Source of the DNA: the human T2T-CHM13v2.0 reference genome, Homo sapiens
Reading direction: 5' to 3' (one strand)
DNA length: 64,000 nt
NCBI RefSeq assembly: GCF_009914755.1
Contig: NC_060928.1
The notes beneath the pieces are model-generated. The model had not been told where the DNA came from. It saw nothing but the letters and a program-made list of their open reading frames with translations, and did not search any database. This document shows positions 29,757-44,303 of the stretch, piece after piece. The translations under genes and the position numbers were made by a program. Every line of letters starts with the position of its first letter. Position 1 is the first letter of the stretch.

Positions 29757-32184
29757 ACTCCATAGGTTTTATGTCACCTCTACTTGTCAGAGTCTAGGGA
29801 AATGAAAGTAATATGGTCTTTGTGCACTTTTACATTAAGAAAAAGGGGCCCTAAGGTTGAGCTGCAAACTATAGCGTTCCAAAGTTCCCTTTTTTCTCTA
29901 TTTTCTTTTCTGCCTGCTGTTACTTTTTTACCGAGATAAAACTTGTTTGGATCTAACAGGTTTTTTGTTTGCAGGCTGGTGAATTTGTATTTATCTCATG
30001 GTTAAAGTTCTGAAGTAAAAGCTATAGGATCTTTGTGTGTGTGTGTGTGTGTGTGTGTATTTAAAACACCTTTATAATTTCTATAATTTTATGTTTAATT
30101 GGCAGTTAAATCCATTTTTTATTTCCCTCTAGCACACCAGACATTTTCTCTCTGTACCTTATGATGTAAATTTTGCTATTTGATTTTCACCTGAGTTGTT
30201 TCCTTTAATATGCAAATTTAAGGCTATTTAGCTGACAACTGCCTAGCATAGTGAAACAGGTTATCAAGAATTTGAAAGTCTAAGATAGGAAAAAAAAAGC
30301 TTTTTATGAATCTGTAAGATCTACTTCTATTGGCATGCCTAATACATGTGTGTATTTATGTGTTTTGTACACAATGCTTCACCACTGAAAATATATAAAA
30401 GAGCTCTAGTTAATTGGCTTAAGAAAATAAAAGTGCTTGAATCAAATACTTTATCAGGAAAAAAGAAAAGACTGGTCAAATGCTGTTTCAAGTTTATGTA
30501 ACTTAAATCTTTAATAAATAAACTAGCTATAAATTTATTGGTAAAGTAATATTAAAAATGCCTTAAGAATTTCCAGTATACATTTTTGTTTGCATTTATT
30601 AATCAAGCAATTTCATACTTATCCCTGCCAAATACTATAAGGTGTCAAAATTTGGCATAGAGGCTACACAACCATAAACCCAGCCCAAGACAGAATGATC
30701 TTTGTTTATGTAATTTTTAGTAACTAGGCATTGGTATTGGTTTGATGAAGATAGTAGTAAGATTACCATAACTTCTAATCTAGCGGCCTTAGGTGGTCTA
30801 GTCCACAGGCAATAAGGTTTGTTTTGGGCAAGGAATGTTATCATCTTTGTTTCAAAGCTGAACTATAAGTTCCTCCCAAAGTTAGTTCAGCCTTCACCCA
30901 GGAATGAACAAGGACAGCTTGGAGTTAGAAGCAAGATGAAGTCAGTTAGGTGAGATCTTTTTCACTGTCTCAGTTATAGTTTTGCAATAGCAGTTCCATA
31001 ACTTTAAATAATGACTATTGCAGTTTTCATAAATAATCTAGGCAAATGATTAAAATAATTTGGTGAATGTAATGGGATAAATACTTGTAGACAAACTTGT
31101 CATAATTTAGAATCTAAAGTTATATTAAATAACAGATATTTCATTATTTGTACATTTTCCAATAAAAATATATTGTAGGAAAACATTCTTTCTATTTTAA
31201 AGTGTGCCCTTTCTAAAAAGGTGAACAATTTTTGTTGAATTCAAAGTTTATTTAGAGGTTATGTATAAAGGTAAAAGGAACCAGGAAAAGGAACCAGGAA
31301 ATAAGAGAGATGTAAAGAAAGTTAGAAAAATAAAGAGGTTTTTTGGTTAAAAAAAACTTAAAGAAAAATAATTTTACATGGGAAAGAATCTTTTGTGGTA
31401 AATTTAATCCTATAATAAAATGACTGGTTGTTTAAGAAACAGCGTTGTTCAGGACAAACCAGAAAGTCCAAGCATATCATGAACAGGTTGTTTAAGTCAC
31501 TATAAGAGGATTTATTTAAAAAATACTTTATATGATCAAGTCATCTATAATTAAAGGGAAATTATAATGGTTTTTCTAGAGATTGGGTTTGATGTAAAAA
31601 AAACTACTTTTACACTAAATAATTGGTTAGAACAATAAAATTTTCTTAAGAGAATGATAAATTATGAAATTTTAATAAATTATGAGATTTTAATTTTTTT
31701 GACCCAAAGTTCAACTTTTATTGCATCTCGCCATTTTCAGTTTTCTCTACCCTTTTAAAGGATGCAAAGTACTAACAATCTCCTTCAATTCATTTTTGGC
31801 TCATGTAAGATTTTTCCTCAAGTTCTGTTTGTTGTGGCCTGATGCTAACAATGTTTTCTTAAAGGTCAAAAGAAAATGTTTTCTTTCAACATAATATTCT
31901 GTGCAGTGCAGGTATTTTCTTTTGCCTTTTGGTAACTGGTCTAACAGATTTTATGGTTTATCAAAACAATTCCTGTGCCATTATGATTAAGTTTTGGTTT
32001 GCTTAGAAAAAAATGAGATTAAAAAATTTTTTTTTAAATTAAGGTCATTACATTTCTACATCTTTCTGTATAGGCTTTTAAAGTCCTTCTGACATTGAGT
32101 TACAGGGCCTTGATTCCTGGATCTAAAAAGGACACCAAGTCCTGCTAAATCTTAAATACTGACAACAATTAAAGCCTCATCTTT

Positions 32185-32549
<365 letters not shown>

Positions 32550-33427
32550 TTAAAGCTATTCAGCTCCTCAGGGCCCAGGGACTATCACAAAAGAGGTGGA
32601 CATGTGAGATTGTAAGGGCCAATTTTGAGAGAGAAAATAAGTTGAGTTTCTCTATAATCATTAATCTCAAAGTCACACTGATGCAAGACCAGCATATGGG
32701 CCCCTGTGTCAGATTAACAAGGTTTTCTTGAAGCATTAACTGACTCCTTAATAAAGGTTATAAAGGTTACAAAAGGCTTACAGAAGTCATATCTTATGGT
32801 CAAGATTAAAATTTTATAGACTGTTTATAAAATTTTGAAAAACAAATGTAATTGGCTTCATGCTGTTTTATTAGGTCTTATTGTTTGGAAAATTAAGTCT
32901 CCTCTCCCAAAGAATGAAGGTTTTCACCTTTTTTTTGAAATCCTTGAGTTATCACTTTGGTCAAATTGATGACTTATTTTATAGTAACCTGTGATATCAA
33001 GTGTCTTAAAACTTTGATATTTGACAAAACTTTCCAAAATCAAATTGTGAGTTATGTATTTTTCTGACCTAATTAATCCTTTAATATATTAGTTTCCCTG
33101 AAGTCCAAAATTGATGTAATTTGGTTTATTTTGTATAAAAATTATAAAGGAAGTATTGTCAAATATGAAATGTTTGGTTTTCTTTGGGCTGAATTTGTTT
33201 AACTATGTTATTGGTATGTGTTCCAAAATTATGGGATACTTCTATAATTCTGATATGACTTAGTGTACATTATCAGTAATAATTATAATTGTTACATAAA
33301 ATTATTGTATTCCACAGAGGTAACAAATTTCCTTGTCAATTGTGTTTTTGACTATGGCTGCCCTAAAATTTTTTGTCATCCACAGACAATTGTTGTCTTT
33401 TTTTGGTCCTCTTTAGAAGGTGGTTTT

Positions 33428-33882
<455 letters not shown>

Positions 33883-35152
33883 TAACTGCATGGACTGAAC
33901 TAATAGAAGACTGAAGTAATCCTTTTGACTTTTTGCATAAAACATTGCCAATCCTTTGTTTTGTTTTTCAGAGTCAAGAAAACTTTTATTTTGTGCTATT
34001 GACAGCTTTTACCAATTTAGTATACTCTATGAACAAAACTTGGAGCATATTTGTTTCTCTCTACCTGATTTCTCCAGAATTTGGAAACTATCTGTGAGTA
34101 TTCTTACCTTATGCCAATAGTATTATTTGCATAAATTCAATAAGAATGTGTTTTCATTTGTAACAAGACACAATTGGGGAAACTGGTTATTTTACCAAGA
34201 CTTTGACTGGAATGGTGTGGTTTCCTTTAAGGAATCAAACTTGACTTATGGAGCCAATAAAAGCCCCTTGGGAAAACTGGCCTTACACATTGTCTACACA
34301 GTCCGTGTACAGGGTTCCTGACCTGTGGTAAAGAATTCCTCTAGCCCCAAGCGTAAAGGAATTCACCCAACTCGTAGGTATTTGATGGTACAAATCCATG
34401 GCTGGGCTGAGCTTTAAAAAATCTTATCTAAGATTCCTTCTTCAGAACAAAGTTCCATCAAAGCCAATTTAAAAGTCTGTGTAAAAAAATAATTATTCTT
34501 GTTGCACTGCATACAAATAATCAGGCCAAGTATAATAAAGCAAATCAATCCTACAATGATTTGTCTTTAGTAAAAATGGGAAACTGGAGAGAGAAGAATT
34601 ATATTTCAAAAACTATAGGACACCTGTTTTTAGTGTCTAGTCTTGCCTAATGTTTTTTGATTTTTATTATTTTCTACAATTTGGACCAAATTCTAATTTT
34701 TCTTGGTTACAAGTCTTCAAAATAGTGTTTTAAATTTTGTTTCCATCTTTTTTCCCGTGTTTCCTAATTTGGAGTCACTGAAAACTACACTGTGCTTTTG
34801 TAAAGCCCTGGGAACTGAAACTAGACAACTTAAACTTCAGAAGAAAATAACAGCAACCTGTTTACATACAGAAGTGACTTACATATCTGCCTGCTGATGT
34901 ATGAACTTCAGAGTAATATGGGCCTATATTAATTTTCCAGCATTGTTCTTTTGTTTGTTGTTGTTTTTCTCCCTTCCTCCTCCTATTTTCTCTTCATGGG
35001 ACATGAGACCTCACAACCTGCTAAAAATGAGCTTTCCTAATAACTTGGGACCCACCTGTCTAGGAATAAACTGTCCCAGCCATGAGAGACCAGATGAAAC
35101 CTGAGACCAGAGACTTATTGTCTTCTAAAATGTTTTCTCCAAAAAATTTTTA

Positions 35153-35475
<323 letters not shown>

Positions 35476-35500
35476 GAAGGAATGAAAGAAAAGCAGGCTA

Positions 35501-35971
35501 TGTGTAAGGAAAATAAATCTTGGGGCCCCCAAATCAGTAAGCTAAAGGGAAGAGTCAAGCTGGGAACTACTTAGGGTAAACCTGCCTCCCATTCTATTCC
35601 TAGTCACCTCTCTGTTCACTGAGATAAATGCAGATCTGATTGCTTCCTTTGGAGAGGCCAATTAGAAGCTCAAATGAAGGCAACAATTTGTCTCTTATCT
35701 ACCTATGACCTGGAAGCCCCTGCCCACTTCAACTTGTCCCAGCTTTCATTCTAGTTGTCCTGCCTTTCCAGACCAAACCAATGTTCATCTTACATATGTT
35801 GATTGATGTCTCGTGTCTCCTTAAAATGTATAAAACCAAACTGTGCTCTGACCACCTTGGACACATATCATCAGGGCCTCCTGAGGCTGTCTCATGGGCA
35901 TGCATCCTCATCCTTGGTAAAATAAACTTTCTAAATCAACCGAGACATGTCTCAGATATTTGGGGTTCACA
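35501..35971 (+). mobile_element. MER4A/MER4A1-type 3' LTR
   Basis: Direct repeat of 26955-27425; followed by tcta (4-bp TSD ccta/tcta), then L1 ORF2 resumes. Confidence 0.92.
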
Positions 35972-38470
35972 TCTAGAAGAAATGGATAAATTCCTACACA
36001 CATACAACCTACCAAGATTGAACCATGAAGAAACAGAGAACCCGAACAGACCAAAAATGAGTAATGAGGTGAAATGAGTAATAAAAAGTTTATCTTGAAA
36101 GAAAAGCCCAGGACCTGATGGATTCACTGCTGAATTCTACCAAACATTTAAGTAGAACTAACACCAATTCTACCCAAACTATTTCAAAAACTTGAAGAGA
36201 AAAGAATATTTCCAAACTCATTCTACAAGGTCAGCATTACCCTGACACCAAAACTAGACATGGATGCAACAGAAAAAGAAAATTACAGGCCTGTATTCCT
36301 GATGAAAATAGATGCAAAAATCCTCAACAAAGTATTAAGAAACTGAATTCAACAATACATTTAAAAATGCATTCACCACAATAAAGTGGGATTTATTCAA
36401 TGGATGCAAGGATGGTTCAACATATGTGAGTCAGTGAACATGATACATCACATTAACAGAACAAATACCATATGATCATTTCAATAAATGCTAGAAAAAC
36501 ATTTGATAAAATTCAGCATCACTTCATGATATAAAAACTCTCAACTATTTGGGTATATAAGGAACATACCTCAAGATGATAAAGACCATATATGACAAAC
36601 TGCAGCTAATGTCATACTGAATAGGGAAAAACTGAAAGCCTTTATACTAAGGTCTGGAACAAGACAAGGCCTTTCCACTTTCACCACTTCTATTCAACGT
36701 AGTACTGGACATCCTAGCCAGGGCAATCAGGCAAGAGAAAGAAATAATGGACATCCAAATTAGAAAGGAAGAAGTCAAATTTTCCTTGTTTGCACATGAC
36801 ATTATCTTAATTCGCCAAAAAACTTAGAACTTATAGACAAATTCAGTGAAGGTGCAGGATACAACATCAACATGCAATAACCAATAGCCTTTATATATGC
36901 TAATGGCGATCAATCTGAAAAAGAAGTCAAGAAAGAAATCCCATTTACAATAGCTACAAAAAATATTTAGGAATAAATTTAGCTAACAAAGTGAAAGATC
37001 TCTACAAGAAAAACTATAAAATATCAATGAAAGAAATTGAAGAAAACACCAAAAAAAGGAAAGGTATACCATGCTCATGGATTGGAAAAATTGATATTGT
37101 TAAAATGTCTATACTACTCAAAGTGATCTACAGACTCAATGCAATTACTATCAAAATACCAATGATATTCTTCATATAAATAGAAAAAAACCATAATTCA
37201 TATAGAGTCACAAAAGACCTTAAATAGCTAATGCAATCCTGAGCAAAAATAACAAAACCAGAAGCATTATACTACAAAGTGCTAGTAATGAAAACAGCAT
37301 GATGCTGGCATAGAAACAGGCACATAAACCAATGGAACAGAATAGAGAACCCAGAAATAAATCCACGTACTTGCAGTCAACTTATTTTTGATGAAGATGC
37401 CAAGAAAAATACAGTGAAGAAAGAATTGTCTATTTAAATAAAGAACTCAAACAATAGCAAACAAATAATTCGATTAAATAAATGGGCAAAAGACCTGAAT
37501 AGACGTTTCTCAAAAGAAGACATAAAAATGGCCAACAGATATATGAAAAAATACTCAACATTACTAATTATCAGGGAAATACAAATAAGAAGCACAATGA
37601 AATATCATCTCACCCTAGTTAGAATGGCTATTATCAAAGAGATAGAAATAACAAATGCTGATAAGGATGCAGAGAAAGGGGAATGCTCGCACACTGTTGC
37701 TGGAAATGTGAAGTCATTACGGAAAACAGTGTGGAGGTACCTCAAAAAACTAAAACTAGAACTACCACATGATCCAGCAATCCCACTGCTGGGTATATAC
37801 CACCACCCCAAAAGGAAATCAGTACATCAGAGAGATATCTTCACTTCTATATTTATTGCAGCACCATTTCCAATAGCCAAGATATGGAATCAACCCAAGT
37901 GTCCATCAATGATGAATGGATAAAATGGAAATGTACCTGTACACGATGGAATATATTATTCAGCCTTAAAAAAGAATAAAATCCTGTCATTTGCAGCAAC
38001 ATGGATGGAACTGGAGAATATTATGTTATGTGAAATAAGCCAGGCATAGGAAGACAAATATGTGTTCTCATTCATATGTGGGAGCTAGAAAAGTGGATGT
38101 CATGGATGGAGAGAGGAGAACGGTGGTTACCAGAGAATGGGAAGGGAAGGGGGAAAGGAGATGAAGAGAAGTTGGTTAAGGGGTCAGTACAAAATTTCAG
38201 CTAGATAGAAGGAATATGTTCTAGTATTCAATAGTGCAGTAAGGAAATTGGAGTTAACAATAATTTATTGTATATTTCAAAATAGCTAGAAGAGAAGAAT
38301 TGTAATGTTTCTAACTCAAAGAAAAGACAAATGTTTGAGGTAACAGACATCTCAATTATCCTGATTTGATCATTCCACATTGTAGCAAAATATCACATGG
38401 ACTCTCAACAGATGTAGAAAAAATTAAGTTGCAAAAAAAAAAAAAAAAAGAGAGAGAGAGACAGAAAAAA
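35972..38470 (+). mobile_element. LINE-1, 3' half (decayed RT and C-terminus, 3' UTR, poly-A), L1MA3-like
   Basis: [44 protein letters not shown]; 3' UTR ttgtatatttcaaaatagctagaagagaag; A-tail at ~38433. Confidence 0.95.
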
Positions 38471-38489
38471 ACATATTTGCATATTGCAT

Positions 38490-38625
38490 TATATTTCTTT
38501 ACGGTTGATCTCCGGCCCAGAGTGCAGGTACCATAAAGATGAGATTTTCTGTTTTGTGCACTGCTATATCCCAAGCATCCAGAATCATGTCTGGTGCATC
38601 AAATGATCCCGTGGACGAATGCGCT
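38490..38625 (+). mobile_element. L2 3' end, right part of the split L2
   Basis: tgttttgtgcactgctatatcccaagcatccagaatcatgtctggtgcat. Confidence 0.7.
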
Positions 38626-39362
38626 GATATGAGTGATGTGAACATGACTCTCGAACACGAAGGAAATTCTTCAGCAGGCAGAGGGGTGAAGCTTTGGGCC
38701 CTGTTAGATGTTGTCTGAACTGAAATATGGGCTGTGAATGTGACATTGAGCTGCAGCCCCTGATGGAGAGATTGGCCTGTGCAGGGTTACAAGGGGATGT
38801 GCTTGTTATCCACATCCCGGGAAGGCAGGGAGGAAACCAGAGAGAAACTGGAACTGCAATGAAGTCCCAACGAAGCCCCCACTGACCCCATGGCAACTCT
38901 GGAGCAGGGCAGCACTTCTGAGTTGAATGGAATCAGGCTGAGTGGAGTTGGCCTGTTGTACTTCCAGCTCACCAGCCATCACCTGTCCCTGGGGTGAGCA
39001 GTGACCATGAGAGGCAAAGAAGGCAGACAGTGAGGGTGTATTCCTGCAGCACTTTGGTGCCCTGGGAGAAAGACCTCACTCCTAAAGGGGGATTTGGGCA
39101 GCATAGTGGGTGGTCCACACAGTGTCCAAATCCACAGAAGGGCAGAGGGGCAGGAAAGGATTCCAGGAACCTGTTTGGAAGCACTTGGGGTGGAGAAGGG
39201 GCATGCGGCAGGACAGGGTGAGCGGCACCCCTCCAATGCCCCTCCCAGCTGTGCCTGGCCAGGGCGCAGGTGACGTGCCCAGCTCCGACCGGCTCCCTGG
39301 ATGGCCGAGGGCAAGTTGCCATGCGTCTTTGGGTCTCAGTTTGACTACATCTGAGGCACAGA

Positions 39363-39473
39363 ATCTGTTGTTTCTAAAATGTGTCACAAAATGTCCAGAT
39401 GTCCCCCTAAAATGTGTCACAAAATGTCACAGATGTCCCCCTACATCTGTTGTTTCTAAAATATGTCACAAAA
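39363..39473. repeat. Complex micro-duplication
   Basis: ctaaaat[g/a]tgtcacaaaa x3, cagatgtcccccta x2, atctgttgtttctaaaat x2. Confidence 0.85.
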
Positions 39474-39969
39474 CCCCAAAATATTTGCTGTTCCCACCCA
39501 TTTTGGCATTTGTGTCTTGAAATGTATTTTTATTCTCTTGTTGAATTGTGATGATTTGATCAATCCCAAAGGCACCTTGGGCATCTGCCCCGAGGGACAG
39601 GACGCAGCCATGGCTCCCCCACCCCATGAGAAGCTCAGGTGTCCAGAAACAGGCAGACATGGAGCAGAGGGGAGCAGGTATGTGGGGGGCAGCAGTAGAG
39701 GGGGTAAGTCCGGGGGCTTCCTGAGGAGGGCCAGGAGGAATTAGCAGTTTCAGGGGTGCTGTTCTTCATGGGGGTAAAAGTCCCATTTCCTTGGGGCTTC
39801 TGCAATATGGCCCCAGCTGGGACCCCTCCCTCTAGCCTCTGGATTCTGTCTTGGGGTGGCACAGATGGAAGGCAGGGCCCGGACGGCACCTGCAGCTGTC
39901 ACCTGACCTCTCACTGCTCATCTGTAGGATAGGCCAGCGACACCCACCTGTGAGCCCCCTCCCACCTTC

Positions 39970-40071
39970 CTGACGGTCCTGTCCTCTAAGGGAACTCTGC
40001 CAGGCAGAGAAGGGTGGCTGCTGACAGTCCTGTCCTCTAAGGGAACTCTGCCAGGCAGAGAAGGGTGGCTG
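39970..40071. repeat. Tandem duplication, 2 x 51 bp, one mismatch
   Basis: ctgac[g/a]gtcctgtcctctaagggaactctgccaggcagagaagggtggctg. Confidence 0.95.
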
Positions 40072-42324
40072 CACCTCCACCCCACCCAGGTCCCCCAAGG
40101 CGTGCCATATCCCTCTTCTCTCACCAGCTGCTCTGTCTCCTCCCTGCTGGCCTGGGCGAGACAGAACCTAGGGGCTGCCTTTCTGTCCCACACAGGCCCT
40201 CAGCCCCCTGGTCCCCAAAGCTCAGCTGGACACAGGCTACAGCAATGAGACAAAACTCAAAGGGCCCAGAAATAACACCAGGAAAATAGCACAGAGAGAC
40301 TGGTGGCCTCCCCACCACGCCCTAGCCCAAGAACCCTGCTGTGGCGGGGCGGTCCCTGGCTCTCAGCCTTGGTGGCTGCCCTTCCTCCAACATCCCCAAA
40401 GAGAAGCAGGTCCCTTTTCATTATGGGCATGCCCTGGGACCCGCCTCTCCTGGGGGCTGTCCAAGGGCCTCACCCCGCCAGCCCACACTGCCCAGCTTCC
40501 TCGCGAGGGTTACACAGACGGAGCACCGACCCGAGGTGTGCGGAAGAGGGGTCCGTGATGCTCCAGAGCAGCCCCCACACACCTGCAGCTCCCTTCCCAG
40601 TCTCACCCTCCCCATCCCCTGAATCCTAAGGATTGTTCAGCACAGAGCTGTGAGCCGAACATTGTGCTGGTGCTTGGGGCCTCCCTGCTGGACAAGACAA
40701 TCACTCCTCCACTCATTCACTCTCTGGGCTACAGTGTCTTTGCGCAGGGAGTGCGTGTGGCCCCAGCCCTGAAGGAAACAGCTGTCCTGAAAGAAATACC
40801 CAGCTCCCTCCTGTGGAAGCTCGGGGCCTCCAAGAAGCCAGGACAGCATCTGTTGGATTTCCTGGGGCCCTGGGGAGGGCACAGGAGAGAACCGGAGTGG
40901 GGAGGGGCGTCAGGGAGGGTGGGGTGGGCAGAGGCACAGTTCCTGAGCAGCGCTGTGGAAGCTTCCACTGGCCCCCAGGCCACTAGGAAGTCCTGGAGCT
41001 GGAATCCCCTCCCCCGGGAGCCTCCCGCTGTAGTCAGCCATCCCGGTGTGGGGTGTGGGCGCAGCGACGGAAGGCTCTGCAGACAGCCGATCCCGGGGGC
41101 CCAAGTCCATGGCCCAGAAACAACTTTTGAAATGTATTTGGGCAACTGTCCAACCTGGAAACCTTGTAGGAGGAAGGGCCTTGTGTTATTCTCCAAACAG
41201 CTGCACCGGGTTTGATGGGCACCCGGACTACTGCAGGCCTCACGACTGCAGTGTGACCGCGCGGCCGTGCACACCGTGAAGCTGGCACCATGTAGGGTAC
41301 TGATCATGTCCTCCCGGAGAACCAGGGGGCTGCCAGACCCGAACTCTGTGGGTGCAGCAGATGCTGCGGCTGCACCCACCCCGTGTGGCCTCGGCAGACC
41401 CAGGGCCCTGGGAGTTCTCGGTTTACCCATCTGTGAAATGGGCTGCTCCCAGCATCACTGCTCTGTCTCTGACCCTCCTGGTGACGCTGGGGTCACATTG
41501 GTCTCCATCTGCCCTCATGTCATCCTCAGATGTGACTAGCTCAGGCAGAAGAGCTGGCGAGCATCTAACTCTGGCTGTCTCCGGGGAGCAGTCGTCTCAT
41601 CTCCTTACCCCTTGCAGATACTAAGGACCCACGTGGCCCCATCAGCTGGGACCAGGAGGAGAGCCCTGGCCTGTGCACGAGCTGACTTTCTATCTGACAC
41701 AGAGAGCCTGTGGTGCCGTCTTTGGTTCAATGTAACGCCAGGGTGAGAAACGGACAACTTCTAGCCTCCAAGGAGACCCTGGGGCATGGCGGCAGACCCT
41801 CGCTGCACTGAAGGGTCTCCGGGGCTCCAGGACCCAGGCAGCGAGCGGTGCGGCCCCACCTCTCCACCGTCCGCCTCTGGGAGCCTCGGTTTCCTCAGCA
41901 GGGATCATGACACTTCATGGCTACTCTCATTCAGGGGGAGGCTGTGTCATCGCCACTTTGTAGATAAAGGAAATGAGGCCCAGAGACGTTGATTAACCAC
42001 CCAAGGTCACACAGCCAGAATCTAAGCCCAGGTCTGTCCAAGGCCTATCCAGATTTTTCTTCCAGGAAGGCCCTCCCTCTTCTTTCCCGTCTTCCCATCA
42101 CCCATCTCTTTCCTCTTCCTGTCCTCTTCTCACCTCTTCTTGCCTCCCCTCCCCCTTTCCCCCCTTCTTCCCCTCTCCTCCCTCAATTTCTCCTTCCTTC
42201 CTCTCTCCTCCCCAAGCTCTCAGGTGAACTTGCGTCCCACCTCTTATGGCGAATGGTCAGCAGGTGGCAGCAAACCCCGCCTTCCTGCGCTGTAGGAGGC
42301 GGTGGTCAACCTCTCCTGCAAACT

Positions 42325-42905
42325 CTCCACCTTTGAATATTAAGAACAATATCTCCTGCAACATCTCCACCTTTGAATATTAAGAACAATATCACAGACT
42401 GGTTGTACACCCCCTGCGATATTGGGAGTCATATCAGCCTCTCCTCTCCATGGATATTAGGAATAATATCCCAGGATGGGTGTACACCTCCTGCTGTATG
42501 GGGAGTCATATCGTCCTCTCCCTTCTTGGCTGCTAGGAACAATGTCAGAGGGTGGGTGTACACAGCCTGCGATATTGCGAGTAATATCACCCTCTCCCTC
42601 TCTGGATATTAGGAGCAATGTCACAGAAGGGGTGTACACCTCCTGCGATACTGGGAGTAATAGCATTCTCTTCTTCCGTGAATATCAGGAGCAAAATCAC
42701 CGGGTGGATGCACACCTAGTGCTATATTGGGAGTAACGTCATACTCCACCCCTGGAGATTATCTTTGGATCAATATCACCGGCTGGGTGTACACCTACTG
42801 CGATATTGAAAGTAATATCATGCTCTCTCCCTCCCTGGACATTAGGAGCAATAGCACAGGTGGGTGTACACCCACTGAGGTATTAGGCGTAATATTAGTA
42901 TGAAT
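42325..42905 (+). repeat. SATR1/SATR2-type satellite, block A
   Basis: ~75-80-bp units ggatattaggaacaatatcacag...gtgtacaccccctgcgatattgggagtaatatcatcctctc. Confidence 0.9.
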
Positions 42906-43228
42906 TATTCCTCATTTATTATTAACATGAATATGAATGACCGGTATTAATATTAATATTAAGAAATAATTGCTAATAAAAAGTTTTCAGATTATTAATA
43001 TTAATATTAATTATTAGGAGCTAATATTACTGTTTTCTAATGAATAAGATCAATATCAGTTATTAATATCAGGCATCATTAATCATTAATATTCATCATT
43101 TATTGTTATAATGAGTAAAACTCTTTAATATGAATTATCATTATTATCGGTATTGATTTTAAAAATTATATTATCAGTTATTAATATTGATAATTATTAG
43201 TGTCAATTAATAATTGGGATTATTAATT
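42906..43228. repeat. AT-rich low-complexity core after SATR block A
   Basis: attaatatt-type repeats, very low GC. Confidence 0.9.
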
Positions 43229-43231
43229 GCG

Positions 43232-44303
43232 GTAAGTCGCATTGCGCCATTCCACCCCTCCCTCGGCAGCTCGTTTACGACCCAAAACGGGGACACAAAT
43301 GCCCCTGAGAGAGCAGCGGTATACTGGGATAGATGTGGATGGTCACGTGGTGGAGAAGCGTGTTTTTGGGTACCAGCCCTTCACCTGCGTCGACCTTCTC
43401 TACTGGAAAAACAATACACCGCCCTATACCAAAAAGCCACAAGCCCTAATTGATTTGCTCCAAATTGTTATCCAGACCCACAACCACACCTGGGCTGATT
43501 GGCAACAGTTGCTCACATTCCCTTTAACAGAGAAGAAAGGCGGAGAGTCCTCCAAGCAGCAACTAAGTGGCTAGAGGAGCATGCACCAGCTGATTATCAA
43601 AACCCCCAAGAGTATGGAAGGACCCAGTCACCAGGAACCGACCCCCAGTTGGACCCACATGAAAGAGAGGATATGCAAAGGCTAAACCGAGACAGGGAAG
43701 CTCTCTTGGAAGGATTAATGAGGGGAGCGCAGAAGGCCACAAACGTTAACAAGGTCTCTGAGGTCATTCAGGGAAAACAGGAAAGTCCAGCACAATTCTA
43801 CGAGAGACTGTGTGAGGCCTATCGTATGTATACTCCCTTTGATTCCGATAGCCTTGAAAATCAGCCCATGATTAACATGGCTTTAGTCCGTCAAAGCGAA
43901 GAAGACATGAGAGGAAAACTGCAGAAACAGGCTGGGCTTGCAGGGATGAATCCATCCCAATTACTAGAAATAGCTAGCCAGGTGTTTGTAAACAGGGATG
44001 CAGTAAGCCCTAAGGAAAACGGCAAAGAGAATGGAGGTCAGGCCCGGAGACACGCCGCCCTGTTTGTCAGCTGCAGCAATCAGAGGGACCCCCCCAAAGA
44101 GGCAAGGGAAGGGGGGCCCTGGGAAAGAAACTCAGCTTGGCTGTCAGAGTTTGCAGCGTAACCAGCGTGCTCATTGTAAAGAAATAGGACAGTGGAAGAA
44201 CAAATGCCCTCAGCTCAAAAGAAAACAAGGTGACTCAGAGCAGGAGGCCCCAGACAAGGAGGAAGCGGCCCTGCTCAACCTGGCAGAAGGGTTCTTGGAC
44301 TGA
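43232..44303 (+). pseudogene. HERV-E-like gag remnant (CA-NC), 5'-truncated and frameshifted
   Basis: YQPFT...WKNNTPPYTKKPQALIDLLQ; MHR region VIQGKQESPAQFYERLCEAY; decayed zinc knuckle AHCKEIGQWKNKCP; TGA at 44301-44303. Confidence 0.93.

Noticed and set aside
38700-39130. Possible ancient ERVL LTR (LTR16/LTR33-like)
   Set aside because: Resemblance too weak to set a family or boundaries without a search
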